NCBI GenBank assembly: GCA_965242855.1 | Contig: OZ251509.1 | Coordinates: 337,648 to 401,647 of the forward strand | Reading direction: 5' to 3' | Source: Alphaproteobacteria bacterium | Lineage (GTDB): Bacteria; Pseudomonadota; Alphaproteobacteria; UBA828 | Length of the DNA stretch: 64,000 nucleotides | Shown here: one piece after another, positions 19,285 to 29,166 of the stretch | Layout: the number at the start of each line of letters is the position of its first letter | How positions within the stretch are numbered: position 1 is the first letter of the stretch | The notes under the pieces: model-generated | Seen by the model: only the letters and a program-made list of their open reading frames with translations | Databases searched by the model: none | What the model was told of the DNA's origin: nothing | Translations under genes and position numbers: made by a program

Positions 19285-20714
19285 GCGCGCTCCCGCCCGC
19301 GCGGCGGAGCCACTGGCTCGGCGAGGCGGCGGTCGACGGCGCCCCGGCGCCGCCGCTGGAAGGCGACGCGACGGCCGACGTCTGCATCGTCGGCGGCGGC
19401 TTCACCGGCCTCTGGACCGCGCTGCGGCTCAAGGAGCTGGAGCCTTCGGCGGACGTGGTGCTGATCGAGAAGGACGTCTGCGGCGCGGGCGCGAGCGGGC
19501 GCAACGGCGGCTTCGTGCTGAGCTGGTGGGCGAAGTTCCAGACCCTGGAAAAGATTTGCGGCGGCGAGGAAGCGGTGCGCCTCGCCAAGGCGTCGGCCGA
19601 CTCGGTGGAAGCCATCGGGCGCTTCTGCGCCGACCACGGGATCGACGCGCACTATCGCGGCGACGGCTGGCTGTGGGCCGCCACCGGCGAACGCCAGCGC
19701 GGCTCCTGGGAAGGCACGCTCGACGCCATCGGCAAATACCAGATCGCCCCGTTCGAGCGCTGGGACGACGCGCGGGTCGCGGCGCGGGCGGGTTCGCCCG
19801 TGCATTGCGCCGGCGTCTTCGAGCCGACCGCGGCGAGCGTGCAGCCGGCCCGGCTCGCCCGCGGCCTCCGGCGCGTCGCGCGTGCGCGCGGAGTCCGCAT
19901 CCACGAGAACACGCCGCTCCGGCGCCTGCGTCGCGACGGCAAGCCCTGCGCGGTGACGCCGCGCGGCACGGTCCGGGCGGACAAGGTGATCCTCGCGCTC
20001 AACGCCTGGGGCATCCGCTTCGCCGAGATCCGCCAGTCGATCGTCGTGGTGTCCAGCGACATCGTCGCCACCGCGCCGGCGCCGGAGCGCCTCGCGGCCA
20101 TCGGCTGGGACGACGGCATGACGATCTCGGACAGCCGTATGATGGTCCACTACTACCGGACGACGACCGATGGCCGCATCGTCTTCGGCAAGGGCGGGAT
20201 GAACGGCCTGATGCCCTTCGGCGGGCGGGTCGGCGCGGCCTTCGACGGCCCCTCGCGCATCGCCGGCGGCGTCGAGCGCTGGTTCCGCCGCACCTACCCC
20301 GCGCTCGACGACGTGCCCGTCGAATCGAGCTGGACGGGGCCGATCGACCGCTCCAAGGCCGGGTTGCCGTTTTTCGGCCCCATCGACGGCCGCGGCGACG
20401 TGCTGACCGGCGTCGGCTATTCCGGCAACGGGGTCGGCCCCTGCCACAGCGGCGGACGCATCCTCGCGTCGCTCGCCCTGGGGCGCCGCGACGAATGGTC
20501 CGAATGCGGCCTGGTCCGCCCGCTGGGGCGGGATTTCCCGCGGGAGCCGGTCCGCTATGTCGGCGGGCAGCTGGTCCGCCGCGCCGTGGCCCGCAAGGAC
20601 GACGCGACGGACCGCGGGGAAGACGCAGGCCCCGTCACGGAATTCCTGGCCTCCTTCGCCCCTGCCGGCCTCTCCCCCTTCAAGGGACAGAAGGCCGGCC
20701 TGACGGATTCGTGA
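19281..20714 (+). CDS. FAD-dependent oxidoreductase (DadA/PuuB-like)
   Basis: ATG at 19281 overlaps the upstream stop (ATGA). Rossmann motif 'DVCIVGGGFTGLWTALRL'. Confidence 0.75.
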   Translation: MSALPPARRSHWLGEAAVDGAPAPPLEGDATADVCIVGGGFTGLWTALRLKELEPSADVVLIEKDVCGAGASGRNGGFVLSWWAKFQTLEKICGGEEAVRLAKASADSVEAIGRFCADHGIDAHYRGDGWLWAATGERQRGSWEGTLDAIGKYQIAPFERWDDARVAARAGSPVHCAGVFEPTAASVQPARLARGLRRVARARGVRIHENTPLRRLRRDGKPCAVTPRGTVRADKVILALNAWGIRFAEIRQSIVVVSSDIVATAPAPERLAAIGWDDGMTISDSRMMVHYYRTTTDGRIVFGKGGMNGLMPFGGRVGAAFDGPSRIAGGVERWFRRTYPALDDVPVESSWTGPIDRSKAGLPFFGPIDGRGDVLTGVGYSGNGVGPCHSGGRILASLALGRRDEWSECGLVRPLGRDFPREPVRYVGGQLVRRAVARKDDATDRGEDAGPVTEFLASFAPAGLSPFKGQKAGLTDS

Positions 20715-20751
20715 ACCGCCGCGCGCGCCGCGCCCGGCCAGGAAACGCGCC

Positions 20752-22209
20752 ATGGAACACTCGTGGAAACCGATACGCGACTACACGGTCGCGCCGGAGA
20801 CGCTCGCACAGGACGAACTCCGGACCCTCGAGAGCGTATGGAGCGAACAACGCGGCCGACTGGAGACATTGGATGCGTTCCAGGAATTCAACGAGCGTCT
20901 GAAGCGCGAGTGGGCGATCGAAACAGGCCTGATCGAGCGCCTGTACGTCCTCGATCGCGGCATAACGCAGCTGCTGATCGAGCGCGGCATCGATGCATCT
21001 CTGATCCCGCACGGCGCGGCGAGCGACCCCCGGACCGTGGCGTCCATGATCGGCGATCATGAGGCGGTCGTGGACGGCATCTTCGCGTTCGTAAAAGGGC
21101 GACGCCCTCTGACCACGGGTTACGTCAAGGAGATCCACGCCCTCATTACCCGTCATCAGAACACCGTGGAAGGCATGGACCAATTCGGCAGGACGACCCA
21201 AGTCGACCTGATCCGCGGCGATTACAAAAAACAACCGAACAACCCTCTAACGCCCGACGGCGAAATCCACCCGTACTGCCCGCCGGAACACGTCGCCTCC
21301 GAAATGGACCGCCTGATCGACATGCATCGGAGGCACACGACCGTCCCGCCGGAGGTCGAAGCCGCCTGGCTGCATCACCGGTTCACGCAAATCCACCCGT
21401 TCCAGGACGGAAACGGACGTGTCGCGCGGGCGCTCGCGACGCTGATTTTCGTGAAAAGCGGCTGGTTTCCGCTGGTCGTGCGGGATCGGGAACGCGGAAC
21501 ATATATCGACGCCCTGGAAGTCGCGGACGGCGGCGATCTCGCCCCCTTAGTCACGTATTTCGTGGGCATCCAGAAGGACGAATTCGTCAAGGCGCTGAGC
21601 ATCGCACGTAGTGTTCTACAATCCACCCGAGCCGAAGACGCGATTCGCGCCGTGCGGAGAGAACTGCAGAGAAGAAAGGACTCGTTGATCGAAGAATGGC
21701 AAACCGCATGTGACACCGCCGACAGACTCCGGGAAAGGGCCCAACATCGGTTGCAGCAGGTCTCTTCCGCCTTGCAACAGGAGATGGAAGGGTTGTTCGA
21801 TAGCAATACATTCTTTACCGACGGCGCGGGAAATGGAGATTTCAACAGCCATTACTACCGGTTCCAGATCATCGCTACGGCGAAAAGGCTTGGTTATTTC
21901 GCCAATACCGACACCTATCGCTCCTGGGTGCGGTTGGTCACAAAGAACGACAGCCAGAGCGAACTTCTGATTGCGTTCCATGGCATCGGGCATGAATTTC
22001 AGGGCGTGCTCGTCTGTTCAGCTTGCTGGTTTCAGCGAGTCGAGACAGAGCACGGAGAACGCGAGATCGGCGGCATCGAACCGATGGCCGACAGGGTGTT
22101 CCAGATCAACTACAAGGAAACTCTGGAGCGGACCGAGGAGCGCTTCCTTCCCTGGCTCGAGGAATGCATCGTGCGGGCGATCGGGCTCTGGCAGGCGACG
22201 GCGCTTTGA
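20752..22209 (+). CDS. Fic (filamentation induced by cAMP) family protein with a ~190-aa C-terminal extension of unknown function; lower GC (~58%)
   Basis: Canonical Fic active-site motif 'HPFQDGNGRVARAL'. The N-terminal helix 'EWAIETGLIE' is a degenerate version of the inhibitory SxAIEGN motif. Confidence 0.85.
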   Translation: MEHSWKPIRDYTVAPETLAQDELRTLESVWSEQRGRLETLDAFQEFNERLKREWAIETGLIERLYVLDRGITQLLIERGIDASLIPHGAASDPRTVASMIGDHEAVVDGIFAFVKGRRPLTTGYVKEIHALITRHQNTVEGMDQFGRTTQVDLIRGDYKKQPNNPLTPDGEIHPYCPPEHVASEMDRLIDMHRRHTTVPPEVEAAWLHHRFTQIHPFQDGNGRVARALATLIFVKSGWFPLVVRDRERGTYIDALEVADGGDLAPLVTYFVGIQKDEFVKALSIARSVLQSTRAEDAIRAVRRELQRRKDSLIEEWQTACDTADRLRERAQHRLQQVSSALQQEMEGLFDSNTFFTDGAGNGDFNSHYYRFQIIATAKRLGYFANTDTYRSWVRLVTKNDSQSELLIAFHGIGHEFQGVLVCSACWFQRVETEHGEREIGGIEPMADRVFQINYKETLERTEERFLPWLEECIVRAIGLWQATAL

Positions 22210-22331
22210 GCCCGCGCACCCCGCCGCGTGCTCCCCCGTGCCGGGCGGCGTTGACACCCGCCGCCGGTCTCTCCACACTCTAGCCCAGAGGGAGACCGCG
22301 CCGGAGCGGCGGGAGATCGAGGTAAGGTGGC

Positions 22332-22547
22332 ATGCGCTTTTCCGACAACGGCTACTACATTGAGCGCTACGTGAAATGCGACAACTGCGGCGTGCTGATC
22401 TACGACGACGGGATCACCGCCGCGGTCGAAGGTACCGACCGCCTGTTCTGCTCGGACTGGTGCGTGAAATGGTTCACGGCCCGCGCCGAGGGCGTCGAGC
22501 AACCCCGGATTCCGCTGCCGAAACAGGGCATCCACGAAACCGGCTGA
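22332..22547 (+). CDS. small zinc-ribbon protein (CxxC...CxxxC) carrying a TxxxEG motif; candidate Fic antitoxin/regulator
   Basis: 71 aa with 'CDNCG...CSDWC' and 'GITAAVEGTD', which matches the (S/T)xxxE(G/N) Fic inhibitory motif. RBS 'gaggtaagg' sits upstream. It shares the Fic gene's ~58% GC. Confidence 0.45.
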   Translation: MRFSDNGYYIERYVKCDNCGVLIYDDGITAAVEGTDRLFCSDWCVKWFTARAEGVEQPRIPLPKQGIHETG

Positions 22548-22599
22548 GCCGGCGGGCGGCATTCGGCGCGCCGCCGCACGGCGGACGGGAGCGCGAGGC

Positions 22600-24639
22600 G
22601 TGAGCGGTCTGGTCGGAATCGACGTGGGCGGCACGTTCACCGACTTCGTGCGCTACGATCCCGAGACCCGCGCGGTCGACGTCTGGAAGACCCTCTCCAC
22701 CCCGGCCGACCCGATCGACGGAATCCTCGAGGGCCTGGGCCGCGCCGGCGACCCGGGGGCGATCGACAACATCCGCTTCGGCACCACGATCGCGACCAAC
22801 GCGATCCTCGAGCGCAAGGGCGCCACGGTCGCTTACGTGACCACCGCGGGCTTTCGCGACGTGCCGTTCATCCAGCGGGGCAAGCGCAAGAGCCATTACG
22901 ACATCACCTGGATCAAGGCGAAGCCCCTGGTCAAGCGGCGCCACTGCTACGAGGTCGACGAACGCATCCTGGCCCGCGGCGAGGTGTCCCGGCCGCTCGA
23001 CCGGGAGCGGCTCCGGGCGATCGCCCGCACGATCGCGGCGGAGGGGCGCATCGAGGCGATCGCGATCAACTTCCTGTTCTCCTTCGTCGCGCCGGACCAC
23101 GAGCGGGAGGCGCGGGCGCTCTTCGCCGAGGCATGCCCGGACCTGCCCGTGAGTATTTCCTACGAGGTCCTGCCCAAGTGGAAGGAGTTCGAGCGCGCGT
23201 CCACCACCATCGCGGACGCCTACATCAAGCCGCTCGTGGGCAGCCACCTGCGCGCCATGCGGCGCCGGCTGGACGAGAGGGGCGTCACCCGGCGCGTCGC
23301 CGCGATCAAGTCGAACGGCGGGGAGATGACCCTCGAAGCGGCGGCCGAGCGGCCCGTCCAGATGACCCTTTCGGGGCCGACGGGCGGCGTCGTCGGCGCC
23401 AGGCAACTCGCCCGCAGCGTCGGGGTCGACCACCTCGTCACCCTCGACATGGGCGGCACCTCCACCGACGTCTCCACCGTGGTCGGCGGCAACGAGAGCT
23501 TCACGACGAGTTTCGAGATCGAGTTCGGCCTGCCGATCCAGATCCCGATGATCGACATACGCACCATGGGCGCCGGCGGCGGGTCGCTCGCCTGGATCGA
23601 CAAGGGCGGGATGCTGCGCGTCGGCCCCGAGAGCGCCGGCGCGGCGCCCGGCCCCGCCTGCTACGGCCTGGGCGGAAGCAGAGCCACGGTGACGGACGCG
23701 AACGTCGTCATCGGCCGAATCAACCCGCGGAATTTCCTCGGCGGCGTCATGGACCTGGACAAGGACGCCGCGACGGCGGCGGTCTCGGCGGTCGCGGCGG
23801 CGATCGACAAGCCGGTCGAGGAGACCGCCCTCGCCATGGTGCGGATTGCCAACAACAACATGATCGGCGCGCTGCGCTCGGTCCTGACCGAGCGCGGCCT
23901 CGACCCGCGCGACTTCACGCTGCTCGCCTTCGGCGGCGCAGGCCCGGTTCACGCCGCCGACCTGATGGCGGACGCCAACATCCCCAACGGCATCGTGCCG
24001 AACCATCCGGGCCAGTTCTCCGCCTTCGGCTTCCTGATGACCGACGCGCGCGTCGACCTGGAGCGCACGGCCCAGATGACGTCGGCGGCGTTCGACCGGG
24101 AGCATGCCGACAGGGTGCTCTCCGACCTGACCGGCGAAGGCGTCGCCGCGCTCGAGGGCCAGGGCTACGGTGGGGACATCGCCATCCATCGCTCGATCGA
24201 GATGCGCTACCTGGGGCAGAACCACGAACTCGACGTGCCGATCGCCTTCGACCGCTTCGACGACACGACCCTGGCCGGGCTGTGGGAGGCCTTCCACCGC
24301 GCCCACCGCGACCGCTTCAACTTCGACATCCCGGGCGAGAAGATCGAGATGACCTCGATCAAGATCACCGCCGTTTCGGTAACCGGCAAGCCGCGCCTCG
24401 CCGAAATCGCCGCCGCCGACGGGCCGCCCCGCCCGGCGGGCGGGCGCAAGGTCCTGTTCGAGGAGGGCTGGGCGGAAACGCCGGTCTATGACCGCGCCGC
24501 GCTCCGCCGGGACCATCGCTTCGAGGGGCCGGCGTTGATCGAGGAGCCGGCCTCCGTCACCGTGATCCGCCCCGGGCTGCCGGTGCGGATCGACCGTTAC
24601 GGCAACGTCCTGGTCGGCGCAATCGCGCGCGAACGCTGA
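22600..24639 (+). CDS. hyuA: hydantoinase/oxoprolinase family protein, A subunit (HyuA-like)
   Basis: GTG start. 'MSGLVGIDVGGTFTDFV' N-terminus. 679 aa. Confidence 0.85.
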   Translation: MSGLVGIDVGGTFTDFVRYDPETRAVDVWKTLSTPADPIDGILEGLGRAGDPGAIDNIRFGTTIATNAILERKGATVAYVTTAGFRDVPFIQRGKRKSHYDITWIKAKPLVKRRHCYEVDERILARGEVSRPLDRERLRAIARTIAAEGRIEAIAINFLFSFVAPDHEREARALFAEACPDLPVSISYEVLPKWKEFERASTTIADAYIKPLVGSHLRAMRRRLDERGVTRRVAAIKSNGGEMTLEAAAERPVQMTLSGPTGGVVGARQLARSVGVDHLVTLDMGGTSTDVSTVVGGNESFTTSFEIEFGLPIQIPMIDIRTMGAGGGSLAWIDKGGMLRVGPESAGAAPGPACYGLGGSRATVTDANVVIGRINPRNFLGGVMDLDKDAATAAVSAVAAAIDKPVEETALAMVRIANNNMIGALRSVLTERGLDPRDFTLLAFGGAGPVHAADLMADANIPNGIVPNHPGQFSAFGFLMTDARVDLERTAQMTSAAFDREHADRVLSDLTGEGVAALEGQGYGGDIAIHRSIEMRYLGQNHELDVPIAFDRFDDTTLAGLWEAFHRAHRDRFNFDIPGEKIEMTSIKITAVSVTGKPRLAEIAAADGPPRPAGGRKVLFEEGWAETPVYDRAALRRDHRFEGPALIEEPASVTVIRPGLPVRIDRYGNVLVGAIARER

Positions 24640-24665
24640 ACCCACCACCGCGAGAGGAACCCGTC

Positions 24666-26408
24666 ATGGACATGGTCACGATGAACATCGTCGAATCCGC
24701 CATGGTCGCGATCTGCCGCGAGATGGGCGTCAACGTGCAGAAGACCGCCTATTCCACCATCTTCTCAGAGGCGGAGGACTTCACCTGCGCCCTCGCCAAC
24801 ACCGAGGGCGAGATGATCGCCGTCGCCGAATTCTGCCCGGCGCAGATCGGCGGCGTGCCGCTCCTCGTGCGCTCCATGGTGAAGGAGATATCGCTCTCCG
24901 AGATTCACGAGGGCGACGTCATCGTGCACAACGACCCCTACCGGGGCGGGCTGCACACGCCCGAGCACACCATGTTCAAGCCCATCTTCGTGGACGGTGA
25001 ATTGATGGGGTTCGCCGTCGCCATCGGGCATTTCGTCGAGGTCGGCGGCATGGTGCCCGGCGGCTTCCCCGGCGAAGCGACCGAGATTTTCCACGAGGGC
25101 CTCCGCGTGCCGCCGGTCAAGATCAAGAAGGCCGGCAAGGACGTGGTCGAGGTCTGGAAGCTGATGCTCGCCAACGTGCGCACCCCGCGCCAGAACTACG
25201 GCGACATCCGCGCCCTGATCTCCGCGGTCGATCTCGGCGAGGCGCGCATGAAGGAGCTGATCGGGAAGTACGGCGCCGACTCGTTCCGCCGCACCGTCGC
25301 CGACCTCATGGATTATTCCGAGGCGCGGATGCGCGCGGAGATCGCGGCCTTCCCCGACGGCCGCTACGCCTTCGAGGACGGGCTGGAGGACGACGGCATC
25401 GAGGACAAGGAGTTCACCATCCGCTGCGCCGTCAACGTCCAGGGCGACGAGGTGGTGATCGACTACACCGGCTCCTCGCCGCAGGCCAGGGGGCCGATCA
25501 ACGCCACGCTGGGCGTCGCCTGGTCGGCCTCCTACAACGCCATGCTCCACCTGACCGACCAGACGATCCCGAAGAACTCGGGCTGCTTCCGCCCGATCCG
25601 CGTGATCGCGCCCGCCGGCACGGTGATGAACGTGGATTATCCCGGCTCCGAGGTCGGCGGCAACACGGAGACCCATCCGCTGATCGTCGCCGTCATCCTG
25701 GGCGCGATGGCTCCGGCGGCGCCGGACCGGGTGATGGCCTCCGAGGGCACCACCCATGGCTGCTTCGTCTTCGGCGGCTACGACGCGCGCAACGACGAGC
25801 CGATCGGCGCCTTCGACTTCTCCTATGTCGGCTACGGCGCGCGCAGCTTCGCGGACGGCAACGACGCGACCGATTCGATCAACGGCAATTGCGCCAACAC
25901 GCCGACCGAGGTGTTCGAGACGCGCTTCCCCTGGATCGTGGAAGAATACGCGCTGCGCCCCGATTCCGGCGGCGCCGGCGCCCATCGCGGGGGCTTGAGC
26001 ATCTCCAAGACGATGCTGTGCACCGGCGATGTGACGATCAGCCAGATGACCAACAAGCACCGGAAGGTCGCCTGGGGCCTGGGCGGCGGCGGCGCCGGGA
26101 TTCCGGGCGCGACGCTCTTCCGGCGGGACGGCGCGAACGACTGGACCACCGTGGGCCAGGCGTTCGGCAAAATTTCCACCAGCAAGTATTCGAACGTGCC
26201 GATCCGGCCGGGGGAGCGGGTCTCGGTCAAGGCGCCGGGCGGCGGCGGCTACGGCAACCCGCGCGACCGCGACCCCCGCGCCGTCGTCGAGGACGTCCTC
26301 GAAGGCTATGTGAGCGCCGAGGCGGCGCGCCGGGATTACGGCTACGACGAGGGCTGGATCGCCCGCCACGGCGCCGCGGCCACGCCGCTCCCCGAAGCGG
26401 CGGAATAG
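24666..26408 (+). CDS. hyuB: hydantoinase B/oxoprolinase family protein (HyuB-like)
   Basis: 'MDMVTMNIVESAMVAICREMGVNVQKTAYSTIFSEAEDFTCAL' is the typical HyuB N-terminus. 580 aa. Confidence 0.85.
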   Translation: MDMVTMNIVESAMVAICREMGVNVQKTAYSTIFSEAEDFTCALANTEGEMIAVAEFCPAQIGGVPLLVRSMVKEISLSEIHEGDVIVHNDPYRGGLHTPEHTMFKPIFVDGELMGFAVAIGHFVEVGGMVPGGFPGEATEIFHEGLRVPPVKIKKAGKDVVEVWKLMLANVRTPRQNYGDIRALISAVDLGEARMKELIGKYGADSFRRTVADLMDYSEARMRAEIAAFPDGRYAFEDGLEDDGIEDKEFTIRCAVNVQGDEVVIDYTGSSPQARGPINATLGVAWSASYNAMLHLTDQTIPKNSGCFRPIRVIAPAGTVMNVDYPGSEVGGNTETHPLIVAVILGAMAPAAPDRVMASEGTTHGCFVFGGYDARNDEPIGAFDFSYVGYGARSFADGNDATDSINGNCANTPTEVFETRFPWIVEEYALRPDSGGAGAHRGGLSISKTMLCTGDVTISQMTNKHRKVAWGLGGGGAGIPGATLFRRDGANDWTTVGQAFGKISTSKYSNVPIRPGERVSVKAPGGGGYGNPRDRDPRAVVEDVLEGYVSAEAARRDYGYDEGWIARHGAAATPLPEAAE

Positions 26409-26453
26409 GACCGCCGCAGGCGGGCGCGGAGCGCCGCAGGCGCGAGTCACCGC

Positions 26454-27230
26454 ATGGCGCGCGCCGGCGGGGCGGTCGGGACGGCGGAGGCGCGCGAGCG
26501 TGTTTCCCGGGTGGAACGGCAGGCCCGGCGCGAGCTCGCCGCGTGCTACCGGATGTTCTACCGGCGGGGCATGGACGACCTGATCTACACCCATCTCTCG
26601 GTCCGCATCCCCGACCGGCGCGACCGTTATCTCTTCATCGGCTTCGGCGATTTGTTCGACGACGTCACGGCATCAAGCCTGCTGACCGTGGACATCGAGG
26701 GCGAGAACGCCGGCTCGACGCCGGGCGCGGTGAACCCGGCGGGCTGGATCGTGCATCGGACGGTGTTCGAGGCCGTCCCGGAGGCGGAGAGCGTCATGCA
26801 CCTGCACACGGTGCCGGGCGTGGCGGTTTCCGCGCAGAAATGCGGGCTGCTGCCGGTCAACCAATTCGCGATCACCCATGCCGGTCGGATCGCCTACCAC
26901 GATTACGCCGGCCCGGGCCTGCCCCCGGCCGAGCGCAAGACCTTCATCCGCGACCTGGACGCCTGCCCCATGATGTTCCTGCGCAACCACGGCACCTTGA
27001 CCTGGGGCCGCTCGATCGCCGAGGCCTTCACGCTGATGCACTATCTGGAGCGCAGCTGCGAGATCCAGATCGCCGCGCAGGCGGGCGGCCCCCTCACCCT
27101 GCCGCCGAAGCGGGTGATCGAACGGACGGCGCAGGCCGGCCAGGGCACCGGCGACCCGGAATGGGCCCGGATCGGCTTCGAAGCCCTCCTCCGCCGCCTC
27201 GACCGCGAGGATTCCTCCTACCGTCGTTAG
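26454..27230 (+). CDS. class II aldolase/adducin family protein
   Basis: 'HLHTVPGVAVSAQKCGLLPVNQ' and 'FLRNHGTLTWG' class II aldolase motifs. It forms an operon with hyuAB. Confidence 0.7.
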   Translation: MARAGGAVGTAEARERVSRVERQARRELAACYRMFYRRGMDDLIYTHLSVRIPDRRDRYLFIGFGDLFDDVTASSLLTVDIEGENAGSTPGAVNPAGWIVHRTVFEAVPEAESVMHLHTVPGVAVSAQKCGLLPVNQFAITHAGRIAYHDYAGPGLPPAERKTFIRDLDACPMMFLRNHGTLTWGRSIAEAFTLMHYLERSCEIQIAAQAGGPLTLPPKRVIERTAQAGQGTGDPEWARIGFEALLRRLDREDSSYRR

Positions 27231-27234
27231 CCCA

Positions 27235-27263
27235 TTGACAAGTCCGTTTAATCACAGTATACG
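27235..27263 (+). promoter_or_regulatory. sigma70-like promoter (TTGACA-17nt-TATACG) upstream of the GmrSD-like gene
   Basis: Read directly as 'ttgacaagtccgtttaatcacagtatacg'. It lies at the left edge of the low-GC island. Confidence 0.3.
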
Positions 27264-27301
27264 TTACGATAGTGGGACATTCATCCGAGGGAGCACCAGC
27301 T

Positions 27302-29129
27302 ATGAAGACCGACATCCTTACTCTTACTGATGTATTCCACAGGGAGATCCACTACATAATCCCACCATTTCAGCGCCCGTATGTATGGACCCAAGAAGAA
27401 CAATGGGAACCTTTGTGGGAGGATGTTCGTAACACTGCCGAAAGCTATCTCGAAACACTGAGGGATTGCAAAGGAAACGAGGTGGAGGCCAAAAGCCAAG
27501 TTCCACCCCATTTTCTAGGTGCCATTGTTAATCAACAGATCTCCACCCCAACAAAAGCAATCTCTCAGCGACGAGTCATTGACGGTCAACAGAGGTTAAC
27601 CACGCTACAACTTCTTCTTGGTGCACTTCGACAAGTTTGTGGAGAGTTCGACCTAGAAGCTGATGCCGAGTTTCTGTCAGGATTCGTTATCAACCCGAAA
27701 CCCCGAGTTGGCAACGACGAAGAACATATCTTCAAGTTATGGCCGACGAGTCTTGATCGAGAAGCGTTTAAACACGCCATGTATAATGGCTCGCCTACCA
27801 ACGCCTTCGAAAATTCTCGAATCGTTCAGGCTCACGAATACTTCCGATTGCAAATGGAAGAATGGCTCAAGGGCCAGTCAGACACTAGTTGCGGCATGGA
27901 TGCATTGACAACCGCGACAGTTAGTTTGTTTCAGCTAGTTGTTATCGATCTGGATCATCAGGAAGATCCGCATATCATTTTTGAATATCATTTTTGAAAC
28001 CCTAAACGCGCGCGGTACCCCGCTTTTGCAGTCCGAACTCATCAAAAATTATGTAATGTCCAAGACTGACGAAGCGACCGTTTGGGGTGATTTGGGAACT
28101 GGGTGGTGGCGGGAAGAAGTCGGACGAGGGCGGCGCCGACTTCCACGCATAGACTGGCTATTTTATTACTGGATATCGATGCGCAAGGCCGAGGCGTCTG
28201 CGGAAGACGCCGCCAACATACCACCTCCCCGCGTGTTCAGCGCTTTTCAAGCTTACTCGAAAGAGCGTCCGTCGATAGATGATGTCATGTCCGAAGTCAA
28301 GCGCGACTTGGCAAATTATCGACGCTTTGAAATCGGCGAAGAGACAACGGCCGACGAACGTCAACTCCGAGACCGCTTTGAAGTTATGCAAGTGGGTGCA
28401 GTAACTCCTACTCTGCTGCTTCTCCTATCGGCACCCTATGAGCAGCGAATGAAGGGCTTGCACGCCATGGAAAGTTTTTTGGTAAGGCGGATGATTTGCC
28501 GCGATACTGCCAAGGATTACAATCGGCTAACTCTTTCCCTGGCTGGTGAATTGCAGAAACGAGACCTGAACGATGCTGGGGCGGTCGTTTTCGATTTTCT
28601 AAAGCGTCAGACTGCAGACGCCAGGGAATGGCCAAACGACAAAACTCTGAAGGACAGCTTGGTCCAGTCTCCTCTCTACCGTCTACTGACACGCGGGAGG
28701 CTGCGTCTTATCCTGGAGGGTGTGGAGAAGCAACTGCGCCAGGAATCAAAGGCGGAGTGCTCCGATGTCCCACGAGGCCTCCCGATAGAGCATGTGATGC
28801 CCCAGAGCTGGGAGTCGAATTGGCCAATTCCCGTCGATTCTGACCTGGAAACGGCAACCGATGAACGAAATCGCCTCATCCACACGATCGGTAATCTGAC
28901 GCTGGTCAACGATCGCCTTAACTCGGCTATGTCTAACGATGCATGGGAATCCAAACGCAAGATTCTAAACGATCACAGCGTTCTGTTTCTGAACAAAACC
29001 CTGTTGACTGAAACCGAAGAAAGGGATTGGGACACCGAGTCGATCCAAGCCCGCGGCAGACGCTTGGCTAATATCGTCGCACGAGTTTGGCCGGGTCCGG
29101 ACTCTGACATATGGTCAAACAAACTGTGA
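27302..29129 (+). pseudogene. GmrSD-like type IV (modification-dependent) restriction endonuclease (DUF262 + DUF1524), disrupted by a frameshift
   Basis: The N-terminal ORF (27302..27997) has DUF262 motifs 'IPPFQRPYVW' and 'IDGQQRLTT'. The C-terminal ORF (27939..29129, other frame) has DUF1524/HNH-like 'IEHVMPQSW...NLTLVNDRLNS'. The reading frames join exactly if one copy of a 13-bp tandem duplication is removed ('DPHIIFETLNARGTPL'). GC is ~47%. Confidence 0.8.
27971..27998 (+). repeat. exact 13-bp tandem duplication (atatcatttttga x2) causing the frameshift in the GmrSD-like gene
   Basis: Read directly: 'atatcatttttgaatatcatttttgaaaccc'. Confidence 0.85.
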
Positions 29130-29166
29130 CTCGGTCCTATAAAGTGCCGTGCGCTATTCTGGAGCG

